From the NCBI GenBank assembly GCA_951406725.2, contig OX597820.1, forward strand, positions 72,912,001-72,976,000: 64,000 nt of DNA, read 5' to 3'. Numbering within the stretch: position 1 is the first letter of the stretch; every line of letters starts with the position of its first letter. The stretch comes from Octopus vulgaris (lineage: Eukaryota). The notes beneath the pieces were generated by a model. It was given only the letters and a program-made list of their open reading frames with translations. It made no database searches and had not been told where the DNA came from. Below, piece after piece: positions 1 through 14,152 of this stretch. The position numbers were made by a program, and so were the translations under genes.

Positions 1-227
1 TTGTTATTGTCTGAGATTTTGGTGTAATTAGAGAGGATAATAAAAAAGTTATGGATGATTTAGTGATTTACTGCAAAACCCATGGCGGCCAAAATGATCA
101 GAACGGTTGCTTTTACTCCATGTTTTAGTATATTTAACCGTCGAACTCTAATGTTTTGAATTTGTTTACGTGACAGTTCGTTTACTAAACATTAGTAAGA
201 ATATCTGCAGTGTACTTTGTTAATATA

Positions 228-836
228 ATGCCACTTACTCCGTTACCAATTCGTCAGCAGATTATTAAGCTCCGAAAGAAGGATAATTTAAGTATTAGGT
301 CTATTGCAAAGATTGTTAACAAGTCAAAAAGTGTTGTTCATAGTATTCTTAAGGTCTACGATGATTGTGGTTCGTGTGAAGCAAGAAAGTCTACAGGTAG
401 GCCAAGAAAAACGACCAAGAGAGAAGATCGTGCTATGGTAAAGTTGGTTAAAAAGGACAGATTTAAAACTGCTGCTGCTGTTTTTCAGGAAATGAGCATT
501 GTACTGAAGAAAACTTTATCTCGAAAAACTGTGTCCCGTCCTTTAGTTGAACATGACCTGCAAGCAAAAGCACCTGCAGTGAAGCCACTGATCAGCTCCA
601 AGAATAAAAAGTGTCGTCTTACCTTTGCAACCGAACATTTGTTGTGGTCTCAAGAAAAATGGCAAACGGTGCATTTCAGTGATGAATCTAAGTCCATTTT
701 ATTTGGCTCAGATGGGAAAAGGTACGTTCGTCGAAAAGCAGGTGAAAAATTGTCACCTAAATGCCTTAAGACTAGTGTTAAATTCGGTGGAGGAAGTGTC
801 ATGGTTTGGGGGATGATATCTGGAGATGTTGTGGGC
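228..836 (+). mobile_element. Tc1-family transposase, 3'-truncated
   Basis: Open frame from ATG 228: HTH region with GRPRKTT, WQTVHFSDESK (first DDE Asp), SVKFGGGSVMVWG. Homology stops at a SINE fragment and (TA)n at ~840, so the rest of the DDE domain is missing. Confidence 0.9.
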
Positions 837-862
837 TCTGACTTAGCGGTTCGGCAAAAGAG

Positions 863-917
<55 letters not shown>

Positions 918-920
<3 letters not shown>

Positions 921-1244
921 TCTTACCCTTTACTTGTTTCAGTCATTTGACTGTGGCCATGCTGGAGCACCGCCTTTAGTCGAGCAAATCGATCCCAGGA
1001 CTTATTCTATCGGTCTCTTTTGCCGAACCGCTAAGTCACAGGCACGTAAACACATCAGCATCGGTTGTCAAGCGATGTTAGTGGGGGGACAAACACAGAC
1101 ATACAAACGTATACACACGCACATGCATACATACATACATACATACATACATACATACATACATACATACATACATACATACATACATACATACATACAT
1201 ACATACATGCATGCATACATACATGCATACATACATACATACAT

Positions 1245-1294
<50 letters not shown>

Positions 1295-1450
1295 GACGGG
1301 ATTCTTTCAGTTTCCGTCCTCCAAATCCATTCACAAGGTCGGCCGGAGGCTATAGTAGAAGACACTTGCCCAAGCTGCCACGCAGTAGGACTGAACCCGG
1401 AACCATGTGGTTGGTAAGCAAGCTACTTACCACACAGCCACTCCAACGCC
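918..1450 (-). mobile_element. SINE family A copy (tRNA-like head, internal microsatellite)
   Basis: Reverse complement matches the full copy at 13746-14152. Confidence 0.85.
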
Positions 1451-1797
1451 AATATATACGAAACTCGTATAACAGATTTTGCTTCGGCTAAATATTAAAA
1501 AAATTAATACACACACACTGCATATTGATGATTGTACATAAACACTAAACACACACGCATGTACACACACATATACAATGCTTATACGTGTGTATGCGCG
1601 CGCGTACGCCTATGTGTTCGTATTCTGAGTGTTTCGGCTAAATAGGAAAATTTTTATGTTCCCCTTTTTCGGGAAGAGCTTCGTTTGTTGGTGAACAGAC
1701 AACGGCGCTGGAGAGCATAAAGATTAAAGTTGTAGTTGAGAACAAGTTAGCTGACAGAGAAGACTGGAAGTCATCTGAATATAAGGAAGGTACTTAC

Positions 1798-2384
1798 TTG
1801 CATCAGATGATTCCCGCCGGGTATCAAAATGCCGACATCATGACTGCTGTTGAATGTTCTGTGAAGAGTGTAAAAGCTGTAAGACATGACATGAACAGCT
1901 GCAACGGAGATTACGAAGTCGTTGCCAGCAGGAAGAGACACAGCAGGCGTTCTGACTGCATCCACATGCTGGAGTTCATCTCCACATCTTTGAATAGGGT
2001 GTTAGGTTCAATTCAGACGGCTATGTGAAGCTGCTGGAGACTGGTCAATCCCTGACTGGAGAGAGCTGCTGCTTGAAGGTTATATGTGTGGGAGCAGGAT
2101 TTGGCCCCCTTACCGCACCTCTGGAAAGAGTCAGAAGTGGTTGTCGGAGTAATTTCTACGACTTCACCTGCCTCATTTTCTGGCCTCCTGATTTCCCCGA
2201 TCATAACCCCATAGCTTACTATATGGGGCACAGTTGCTCTGCTTACAGCACCAAGGACAAGCTGGTAGCCATGATCGAAGAGGTGTTCGAAAATCTTCCC
2301 AGGGGTACAGTGAAGAACGCATGTGCTGAGTTCCGGAACCGTCACGAGGTCCTGATGGAAGCTGAGGGTGACTACTTTGAGTAA
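1798..2384 (+). mobile_element. Degenerate, internally deleted mariner/maT (DD37D-like) transposase
   Basis: FWPPDFPDHNPIAYY resembles WPPxSPDLNPLDY. C-terminal KNACAEFRNRHEVLMEAEGDYFE is typical of the family. Frame disrupted. Confidence 0.75.
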
Positions 2385-3117
2385 ATTGCTGTCTCACAGT
2401 CCTAATCTAGTTGTAATTTTTTGATTTAAAATTTTTTTTTATTTTGGGGATGAATATTGTTTTCTTTTACTTTTATGCAAACTTTCAAATTTAGCCCGAA
2501 TGCCCTGTTTAACAACAAAAGGTAACAATAATGGAAAATGTCCGAAGCATATCTCAAGCAAGTTGATTCTATGTAAGACAAGAGAAAGAAAAATATGTTT
2601 ACTCCCCCACCCCCCAAAAAAACATAAATAAAAGGTCGGATGAAAAAAATGAAAGTAATGTTCTAAGTTGAGGCATCGCCAAATTAGCGGGTTTACATTT
2701 ATAAAAATAAAAATTATTTTTATTTCTTGCAAATGGTTCTATTTCCAGAAGCATATTCATCTGGATGTCTCTCATATCGAGCGGATAAATTATCATGCCT
2801 AAATATCCAAATTCCTCTGTAGTGCAAAGATTACCTCCCTTGTCAAATGGCTTTCCTACCCATTTCCAAAGATCATATTGGGAGTGTAGCGACATGCGAA
2901 AATACAAGTCTACACAAATGTAAGAAAACAGAGTAGTATTTTTATATTGGGATGAGAGCATAGAGAGTCTGATCAGGCATCTAACGAGATCGATTTTTTT
3001 CTGAAAGTTTGTGTTGTAATCAATTGGTACATATCCAACAAAACAGCATCAAAGGGGATCATTGTGGAGCTCACTCGTTCCTCCTCCTCCCCTCTCCCCA
3101 CCCTCCTCCTTCTCTCC

Positions 3118-3215
<98 letters not shown>

Positions 3216-3218
3216 AAT
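3118..3218. repeat. Compound (CTA)n(TAA)n microsatellite
   Basis: Direct reading. Confidence 0.95.
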
Positions 3219-3219
3219 T

Positions 3220-3425
3220 CTTTCTACTGGAAGCACAAGGCCTCAAAATGGGGGAAGGAATTAAGCCGATTACATCGACCCCTGTTCATAACTGATACTT
3301 ATTTAATCGACCCCGAAAGGATGAAAGGCAAAGTCAACCCGGTAGTATTTGAACTCAGAACATGAAGACAGATGTAATATCGCTAAGCATTTTGCCCGGC
3401 GTACTAACGATGCTGCCAGCTCGCA
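3220..3425 (-). mobile_element. SINE family C copy
   Basis: Reverse complement of the ggcgagctggcag...ctttgcctttcatcctttcggggtcgat repeat. Confidence 0.8.
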
Positions 3426-3448
3426 ATAATAATAATAATAATAATAAT

Positions 3449-3489
<41 letters not shown>

Positions 3490-4141
3490 TACATTCTACT
3501 ATAGGCACAAAGCTTGACATTTGGCGCGAGAGAACTTGTGATTCCACCGACCCTATTATTACTCAGGTACTTATTTTATCGTTCCCAGTACTTCACTCGT
3601 ACTTATTTCATGGATCCCGAAAGGACAAAAGGCACACTCGGCCTCGGTGTAATTTGAACTCAGAACGTAATAAGTCGGAAAACACCGCTTAGCATATTCT
3701 CCGATACAATGTGTATGCGCGCACGCGTGTGTATTTGTGTACGTGCGCGCGACCGTAAGTACGAGCGTGTATGTGTATATGTATAGAGCAAACGTAAGAG
3801 GAATTATGATAGACACATTGTGGTTATTTGCTACCTCTGCGATGGATCAACGTACCACAATGGAACAAAGTATTTTAAAATTATCTATAGCGGTTCAGCA
3901 GTTAGTTTCACATCCTGTGCAGAAGTTGTAAATATGCACAATGGCGAAACGTACGTAGCAACATTAAGATAAACTTAGGCTTATCATAAGTCTCCTATTT
4001 GCACGATATATATCATACCCAGTAATACTACGAAGTACATTAGTAACCATGCTGCGAAACTGGAAGCAGACTACATGACGACAATCTACGTAGAGCACTA
4101 AACTCCGCAGTAACAGTCGTTCATCTAACTGCACACAAAAG

Positions 4142-4181
<40 letters not shown>

Positions 4182-4182
4182 G

Positions 4183-4638
4183 ATTCGTTCTTAATCGAAA
4201 AGCACCCGTTGTTAATGTCCTGTTATTTGTATTTGTGTACCATTTCTCCGTCTTTTTCCAGTCCTTGTTTTCGTATACATTCACTGCTTTCTTCCAAAGA
4301 ATCTAGTGCTCTTAGCCTAGTTTTTCATTGGGGTTGGCCAGATTGGAGCAATCTCGAGTATAACCAGCCGAAATTGCAAAGCTAATCTGAAACTCGACTG
4401 AGGAAAGAAAACTCCGAAAGACCAGTCCTTGTTTTCTTTGCATCGTCTGTCTGGATGGTGTGTTGTCCCCATTTTTGTATCACTTAACTGTCTGGGTGCT
4501 TTGCGTTCTTGTCCCATTTTTGTATGTCGAGGGCCTATATGTCCCTTTATTAGACCATCTTCCTTAGTCATTGCATGGTGATCGCCATAAGCTTTAAGCT
4601 TATATAATGATATTTTTATACCATTATTATTATTTATA

Positions 4639-4640
<2 letters not shown>
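4183..4640 (+). repeat. Dispersed structured repeat between (TA)n tracts (second copy ~9570-9880)
   Basis: High identity to 9578-9880 (tcgaaaagcacccgttgttaatgtcc...ccagattggagcaatctcgagtataaccagccgaaattgc). Confidence 0.8.
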
Positions 4641-4680
<40 letters not shown>

Positions 4681-5858
4681 GTATATATACACACATATCT
4701 CTCTCCTCACCGCTCTCTCTATATACGTATATGTACAGACATATATATTTATACACACATATGTACACACACACATACATGCATACATACATAATATCAG
4801 TGTCAAATTTTGGCACAAGACCAGCAATTCCGGAGAAGTGGGTAACCCAGTTACATCGACCCCAGCACCCAACTGACACTGATTTCATCGACACCGAAAG
4901 AATGAAAGGTAAAGTTGACCTCGACCGAATTCGAACTCAGAACGTAAAAAGGGACAAAATGCCGCCAAGTATTTTGCCTAGCGTGTAACTATTCAGCCAA
5001 CTCGCCGCCTTGTATACATACATAATGTCGTAGTTGTTTAACATATGGATATATATATCAGAGACACACATATATGTACACACACACACACACGCATACA
5101 CATACACACACGCATACACGTACACACACACACACACACACACGCACACAGACTTATACACAGCAGTCTTCTAGTGTTATTTATTCCCCCAAGGCCAACC
5201 TTTTTTAATCTTTTTTTTACTGTAAGTACCCGTGTACATTCATCTCGGTGACTTTTTATACGAATACACACCACACACACTACACACACAAATACACACA
5301 TGTACGCACGTGTGAGTGTGTGTACTTTTTTTTTCTCTCTCTTATGTAGGATTTGCCAATGTTCCTTTGGGAGAGATCAGTGTCAGTTTTTATTTCATGT
5401 TCCTTCTCAAGTTATGTGCCTAATCTAATGATATTTTCATCTTCCTCCTCGTAAATTTCTAAACTGCAGTTGGGAAGGTCAGCTGCATTTTTGAAGTTAG
5501 TATTTCATTCAAATCACTTGAGAACGAAAACTCTTCGGCTCAACTACTTTGTAACATTACTAAGTGTTTTAGTCATAATCTTGAAATTTTTTTTATTTTC
5601 TAAGTAGAAAAGTGAACGTGTAAGCAAGGCCTTTTTTTTATTTGCTAGTATGTAACTACTGACTGTAGATTTTTTTTAAAAATCTAAATTGCGATGATGG
5701 AGGTGTTTGCTTCTTACAAACTAGTATCTTCTTTATGCTTATCACCTTTTGCTTGTTTCAGTCATTGAACTGTGGCCATGCTGGGGTACTGTTTTGAATG
5801 GTTTAGTTGGATAAATCAGCCTCAGAATTATTTTTTGGAGTCATGTACTTATTTTATT

Positions 5859-6286
5859 GAAGCGGACGTAAAGAATGTGGACCGCACCCGCTTCCGTTAT
5901 TTATTTATTTATTTATTTATTTATTTTACTGAATCCCTCATTTCCGAGTCCGGAAATTCTGATTCTGCAAAGAAAAAAAAAAGGCATTTTAAAATTTTAA
6001 TTTCGCACCGCCCCACCCCATCCCCATGTTCTTCAATTTACACTTTTTTTCAGAGTTTGTTTTTTAGAATCATAATCTCCGTATTTCGCAAAAAAAAAAA
6101 AAATTCTGAAAAAATGTAAATTGAAGAATTTGGTGGGTGGGGTAGAGAAGAAATTAAAATTTTAAAATGCCATTTTTTTTTTTGCAGAATCAGAATCTCC
6201 GTACCCGAAAATGGGGGATTCTGTAAAAATAAATAAATAAATAAAATAACGAAAGAGTGCAGTCCACATTCTTTACGTCCACCTTC
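5859..6286. mobile_element. Foldback MITE, ~430 bp near-complete palindrome, inserted in a SINE A
   Basis: ggacgtaaagaatgtggac at left and gtccacattctttacgtcc at right, with pairing continuing ~200 bp inward. SINE A sequence resumes on both sides. Confidence 0.85.
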
Positions 6287-8249
6287 TATCAGTCTCTTTT
6301 GCTGAACCGCTAGATTACTGAGACGTAAACAAGCCAACAAGTAATTCTTGTCAAGTAATTGAGGATCAACTCGAACGCGCACAACCATATACGATGGGTT
6401 TCCACACAGTTTCCTTCTATCAAATTCATTCACAAGGCGTTGGTTGATCCGCGGCTATAGGAGAAAATATTTGTCCAAGAACCTGATAGCACGTGACTGC
6501 AAAGCGAGCTTCTTAACGACGCAGCCACGCTTGCGAAAACGACACTAGGAAGATACATATACTCACTTACTCACACATTCATATACATGCATGTTGCCGC
6601 ACGCGTACACAGACATACATACACAAATACATACATAATACCATTGTCTGTCAGAACGTCACGTGAATGCTCCATTTCTTATAGCTGATAATGAAGAATA
6701 ATCCCTATCATTTTCTTTTTTTGTTTCCTTTTTCGTTTCTATAAAACGATTATTTAAATCCATTTCCATTGCATTCTCAATATCGAACTCGTATTTTAAC
6801 TTCTAGGAAATATTTCATTATTTTGTGACTTTTTAATGAGGTTATATCAATACATCAACCAACGTATTATAACAATAGATAATTTGTTCAACCATATGTG
6901 GTATTACTGAAGGCGGATAACGTTTTCCTATGAGATAACACCAAATGAGTCAAACATTGTTTGTTTTCTTGGCTAACGTGATTTTGTGTCATCATCGGTT
7001 ATTTTGCAATCGACGTTGTGTTCTACTTTATTCATGGCTTTAATAGATTCTTCTTCTTGTAATTCAAATCTTGATTTATAGGCAGATTTAGAATTATACG
7101 GCGTTTCGCATTTCCGTGACATATTCAGGCTTTCTTAATCTCATGGACATTTTCAACAACTTAACATTCATGTTTCTTTGTGATATATGTTTGTGTCTTA
7201 ATATATAAGAGAAATTAGTTTTAAATCTCTTCCAATTAATTTCACTTGACAGAAAGCGAAGACAATCAGTTTATTTCATTGGAAATTTGCAATCTGTCGA
7301 CCTTCCGGTCTCTATTTTCTCACATCCATTATCTATTCAAACATTTTGTTTGGCTGGACAATTTTTTTTCTGTTTTTTTTTTGTGTGTGTGACGAGAAGA
7401 GTTGGAGATTAATCCAGTATAAAGCTTTTCTATAAACATAAATCAAGCATTTTATTTATTACGTTCCAAGACCATTACATCGTCCTCCGAGCGCAATTGT
7501 TTTGTATTAAGGGAGACAATCCAACAAACCTGAAATATATTTTATTGGTGAAGCCGTGGAGCTGCGTTTCAATACAGAAATGCTATACAGATTAATTATA
7601 CATTCCTCTTCGAGCCATATTCCGTTGCCAAGATTGTTGTTTAATCTCAGAGCATCTCTGATCTTAAAGAACGATCGTAGAGGTAATTTAGCTTTGGCCA
7701 TCCTGTTCTTCTTCATGAAACACATTCGATTACCAAAATTGCAGTTGGTCAGCCTCAAAGCATCTCTGATCGAACAGAACAATGGTAAAGGCATTCTTAC
7801 CGTGACCATCCCATTGTCTCTAGGCCTACATTATGTCTTTAGATCTACATTAACTGTCCCACCATCTCTTCATCAAGAGGGCAGAGATTTGGCTGCCATT
7901 TTTTATCAAGTTTATCAGTTTTTATCAATCATTAATTAATCCAAATGAAATTAATGACACAATCACTAATTAGTCTAAAAAATACATTTTGAAAAGTCAA
8001 CACTGACGTCTCTTTGGTGTTGTTGTGAGAACAGCCTGACGGTTTACAAGAAATGCGCTGTTCGAATCCCGCAGGCGACGTTACAAGTTAACAGGCGCGA
8101 GCATGGTTAAGAATCGATGTGGTTAAGAATCTCACTTTACAACAACGTGGTTTTGTGTTCAATCCCTGTGTGCGCACTTTGGACAAATGCCTTCGACTAT
8201 AGCTCCGGTTGTCAATGGTGTGGGGAAGACAAGCATAAATACATGCACG

Positions 8250-8314
<65 letters not shown>

Positions 8315-9270
8315 CACACACACATGCGACGGGTTTCCAAACAGATGTCGTCTACTAAACTCACTCACAAGGCATTGATTGGCGGAGCTATTAGTAGAAG
8401 ATATTTGCCCAAGGTACCGTGCAATGGGACTGACTCTATGGACACATGGTTGCAAAGAAAGCAAGCTCCTAGATCTTTCCGCTTTTTCAGTGCAGATTTT
8501 GAAATTTCACTTCAAATCAAAATCGAAGTAACGCAATCGTTATTTCATCAGTCCGGGCAACGATACGTTCACTGTAATATATTTCTAAATAAACAAATAA
8601 ATGAATAATGTCAAATATACAAAAACAAATTTTGTTGTGTATACATAATACGGATTTCTGAATCTAATCAAGAATATCAGTGGCCAGATAAAACATATGA
8701 GTATTTTATTGTGAAGTGTATTTGGACAAAAAAGTGATAAGCAGGTATTTTGGATTAAAATTAATTCTTCGCCCTGAAAATAAATCCTGGTCGTGGATTC
8801 AATTAATTCGCCTTCCGAAAAGAAATGTAAGTTTTGGATAAAATTCAAGGATTTTCTCTATGAAAAGACATTCACATTAACATACGATGCATCCCTTCTC
8901 TGTCAAAAACAGTAACATGTTTACGGTATTTGCCGTCACATAAGACGCTTTTTTTTAAATTATTATTTTAAAATGTATGGAGCATTGCCTTGCTAAATTG
9001 AACTTCTCCCTGAAAGATGAAAGGAATGTTAAACTTTTATCTGCTTCTCAGCTATTTGCAATGAGTGGATGACAACAAATTCATAGCAGTGATAGACCAC
9101 CCTGGTGATTGATCGTGGTAACACAAAACATGATGGACAAAAATATGAGTTTTACTTATTGTATGACCCCAGTAACGTGGGGAGAGAAGAGAGAGAGAGT
9201 GGTAGAGGTAGAGGGATAGAAGAATTAAGGAAGGGCATGTGTATATATATGTGTGTGCAAATGTATATGC

Positions 9271-9330
<60 letters not shown>

Positions 9331-9897
9331 ATATATACACTCATATACATACACACACATATATATACACATGCCCCTCCTTAATTCTTCTATCCCTCTG
9401 CCCCTACCTCTCACTCTTTTCTCCCCACGTGACTGGTGTTCGGCCAAGTCTGACCTTTCTTTCTTGGTTCGACTACCATCCGTGCAACACTTATATTCCT
9501 CCCCCTGCCTGTCAAATCTTATGTCCCTGGTGTAAGGCTTTACTTCCATACACGCCAGCTTAATTTAATTCATCCTTAGTCGAAAAGCACCCGTTGTTAA
9601 TGTCCTGTTATTTGTATTTGTGTACCATTTCTCCGGTTTTTTTTTCGTCCAAGTTTTCGTACACATTCGCTGCTTTCTTCCAAGGAATCTGGTGCTCTTA
9701 GCTTAGTTTTTCCTTGACACTGGCCAGATTGGAGCAATCTCGAGTATAACCAGCCGAAATTGCAAAGATAATCTGGAACTCGACTGAGGAAAGAAAACTC
9801 TGAATGACCCGTCCTTGTTTTCTTTGCATTGTCTGTCTGGATGTTTTACGCGTTCTTGTCCAATGTTTGTATTTTTTATATATACATACATACATAC

Positions 9898-9951
<54 letters not shown>

Positions 9952-9988
9952 GTGTGTGTATACATACATACACACACACACACACATT

Positions 9989-10026
<38 letters not shown>

Positions 10027-10618
10027 ATATGATTTAGTGGTGTATCAGCTGAATTTCGAAATGCAGTGAGTGGTGCGAGACTGACTGGAAATCTTTATCA
10101 GAAAGTATCGCGAAGTGTAACGCTTTGGGATTTTCGTAGAATTTCTAACATGAACAAAACAATTTAAACAGCATTTCAAAGTTTTAGAACTCACTATTTT
10201 ATGCGTTCTTCTGTAGTACATACAGATCGAGGATGTTCTGTTTTTTGAAATTATTTTTGAAAAATGCTTGCAGCTCCAAATGAGCTAGTTCCAGGCAAAA
10301 AAATAAATAAATAAAATAGATAAGAGAAATGAATAATGAGGAAATAGAAGAGAAGGAAAAGCGATTTAAAACTCAAATTCATTTCTTTAACGAACTTCTA
10401 AAATAAATATTCCTCTTGGAATAAGTTCTTTTAAGACGAAGGAAAGAATTTATAAAAGAAATGATACTTAAAAGAAAAAAGAAAAGGAACACAAAATAGA
10501 AGCACAACGGTAAAAAAGAACTTCAAAGTTAAAATGATGTTAAGATTGTAACTGATATAAAGTAATAGGGAGGAAGAGGTTGAAATTTTGTGAAATAGAG
10601 AGAGGGAACATTCTTTGG

Positions 10619-10681
<63 letters not shown>

Positions 10682-11799
10682 GTGAAAGGGAAGGCGAAGA
10701 CAAGTTTGTTAAACGTATTATTACTGCTTGTAAGTTGTAAGCGCAGAGATAAACGAAAGAACGATTTGTGGATGAACATTAAAAACTGTTTTAATGTTCA
10801 ACTACAAGTTAATCTGGGATATCGTTTACGTTGACGATATCCCAGCGTTAGGTTGAATTCAAAGAGACAAGCTTTCAATATAGTTTGATATATCTTTTAA
10901 GAATATTATCTTGGCATGCAAATGAACTAACACAAGAGAGAAGTTTACATTTAACTATTTTCTGTAAAACTACATTCTCCAGAAATGCAAAAATAAAGAA
11001 GGATGTGTCGAAAAAAAAAAAAATTGGAAAATTTTCAGGAAACGAAACGAGAAATCCAGAAACCATACAGGGAAATGAACCAATATAAAATAAAGTTTGT
11101 GTGAAAAATTGCTAATGCTTTCACTTAAACAATATCTGATGAGAATATTCCATTTTTGTTGCATTATTACAATCCTAAAACACTTATTCTCCGGGACATG
11201 AATTTGTTTAACTTTGAGCGACTTGCTTCCAATAAATAATGATTGAAATCCTACAGTGTATTAAAGTTACTGGATTAAGAAGGATTTGTACCAATACAAT
11301 TTTCTCATTTTGGTGAGCGACGCACTTCTGTAAAGTATTGCATCACACTCGAGAATCTATTCTCATTAAAATATACCGGCTGAGAGCGCATGTCATGTTT
11401 GCTTATATAAAACTGGTGTAATGTGAATATCTGCCAATGTACATATATGCATACACAATTACACACACACACACACACATACATACCTACATACATACGT
11501 ACGTATGTACATACATACATACATATATTATTGTATGTGTGTATTTGTGTGTGTGTGTATATATATATATATACATATGTGTGCGTATATATATACACAC
11601 ATATGTGTGCGTATATATATACATACATATATATATATATATATAATAGGCGGAGGAGTGGCTGTGTGGTTCCGGGTTCAGTCCCACTGCGTGACACCTT
11701 GGGCAAGTGTCTTCTACAATAGCCTCGGGCCGATCAAAGCCTTGTGAGTGGATTTGATAGACGGAAACCGAAAGAAGCCCGGTGCTTTCATGTTTGGAT

Positions 11800-11831
<32 letters not shown>

Positions 11832-12050
11832 CTCTTTTATTTGTTTCAGTTATTTGACTGTGGCCATGTTGGAGCACCGCCTGTAGTCGAGCAAATCGAC
11901 CCCAGGACTTATTCTTTGTAAGCCTAGTACTTATTCTATCAATCTTTTTTGCCGAAGCGCTATGTTACGGAGACGTAAACACACCTGCATCGGTTGTCAA
12001 GCGATGTTGGGGGACACAGACACACAAACTTATACACACTCATGCATATA

Positions 12051-12127
<77 letters not shown>

Positions 12128-13270
12128 GTATGCATGTTAGTGTTTCTATGTACCCCCACCATCGCTTGATAACCGATGTTGGTGCTTTTGCGTCCCCGTA
12201 ACTTAGTGGTTCGGCAAAAAGAGCCGATAAGTACTAGGCTTACAAAGAATAAGCCCTGGGGTCGATTTATTCGACTAAAGGCGGTGCGAAATGCTTTCGT
12301 TTGCCGTTGCGTTCTGAGTTAAAATTCCGCCGAGGTCGACTTTGACTTTCATCCTTTCGGGGTCGATAAATTAAGTACCAGCTACGTACTGGGGTCGATG
12401 TAGTCGACTTAATCCGTTTTCTGTACTTGTTTGTTCTCTGTGTGTTTAGCCCCTTGTGGGTAGTAAAAAAATAGGATTTCGTCTATCTCTACGTTTTGAT
12501 TTCAAATTCCACCGAAATGGACTTTGTGTTTCATCCTTTCAAGGTCGATAAATTAAGTAGCATTCGCGTACTGGAGTTGATCTAATCAACTGGCCCCCTC
12601 CCACAAAAAATTTCGGGCGTTGTGCCTAGAGTAGAAAAGAATATAAGAGTCACATTTGTAATATAGTCAGTTGAAAATCTTCAATCATTTGTAGCTATCA
12701 CTTTAGTGGAAGACAAAACTCCCTAGAGGAAGTTTCGCCTTTTACTAAAGTGATAAAAATCTAACACTCAACAAACAAGGGAATAACTCTAATAATATCA
12801 GCCACTCCAGTTTTATTGGAAAATAAAGACTGTTCTTAATGCCGAGTATTCGGACAAGGTTTACACAATGATTTAAGTTGCAAGAACAGATGTATTCTGA
12901 CGACATATTAAAGAAACACAAGAGTGATCTTTCAGTTATTTGATAGATGTGCAATGTTATTAACTGACAGACACAAGACATGATAATTTGGATGATGTAA
13001 ATACATTGGCGATGAAGACACTCATACCACTTGCTATAAATTTAGGTTTCTAGGCGGCAACTAATAGACATAAGATTGCGGTTATATGGTCTAATGAGAA
13101 TAGATATTTATCAAATATTTTATCTCTTTCCATCTTTCCCTTAAATCATATAGGACTACATTAGTCATTGTCGTCTGATACATGCAAAAAACAAGACAGT
13201 CACGACCGGACCATCTCATTGAGATTCCTTTGTTTTTTTTTCTCCCTATTTTTTTTTCAGTCCTCATTTA

Positions 13271-13310
13271 TCTTTTCCGTAGAAGAGCGTCTGCTCGAAA
13301 CATTCACGAC
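13271..13310 (+). ncRNA. Degenerate minimal hammerhead-like motif in a solo PLE 3' end
   Basis: tctttt CCGTAGA A GAGC gtct GCTC GAAA catt; homologous to the pLTR motif at 38556; element ends in (TA)n at ~13384. Confidence 0.55.
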
Positions 13311-13382
13311 TTCTTCCAATTTTCCCGAGCGTCAACCCTGTTTCCCTTTTACCTCAATTTGGTGTTTTAAAAAATGTTTGTG

Positions 13383-13423
<41 letters not shown>

Positions 13424-13745
13424 GGAGATGTACTTGCATAGCGAGTGACTTAATCGGAGATCGTGTGCTGGAAGGAAAACAATTGCAGCGTTGAAGGTAT
13501 TTATAAGCCATTTAAGAAACACACAAAGCCGTTAGATTCACTTCAGCATTTAAACTTCATTCCATTTAAATATATATTTCGCTAAGCATTTCGCCCGGCG
13601 TGCTAATGTTTCTGCCAGCTCGCCGCCTTTATGTGACTCTTAGATTGTATGTGAATTTAGTACGATTTACGCTTCCGTATTGCGTTTCTCCTCAGCCTTA
13701 TTGTTGCCTTTCATAATCACTACCTTCAATATATGCCTATATATT

Positions 13746-14152
13746 GAGCGCAGGAGTGACTGTGTGGTAAGTAGCTTGTTTACCAACCACATGCTTCCAG
13801 GTTCAGTCCCACTGCGTGGCACCTTGGGCAAGCGTCTTCTACTATAGCCTCGGGCCGACCAAAGCCTTGTGAGTGGATTTGGTAGACGGAAACTGAAAGA
13901 AGCCCGTCGTATATATGTTTATATATATGTGCGTGTGTGTGTTTGTGTGTCTGTATTTGTCCCCCTAGCATTGCTTGACAACCGATGCTAGTGTGCTTAT
14001 GTCCCCGTTACTTAGCGGTTCGGCAAAAGAGACCGATAGAATAAGTACTGGGCTTACAAAAGAATAAGTCCCGGGGTCGAGTTGCTCGATTAAAGGCGGT
14101 ACTCCAGCATGGCCGCAGTCAAATGACTGAAACAAGTAAAAGAGTAAAAGAG
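13746..14152 (+). mobile_element. Full-length SINE family A
   Basis: A/B-box-like head (gtgactgtgtggtaag...ggttcagtccc), CORE-like ggcaccttgggcaag, internal (TA)/(TG) tract, agtaaaag tail. More than 15 partial copies occur in the window (e.g. 11649, 15917, 32453, 45650, 49140, 50580, 61330). Confidence 0.9.
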
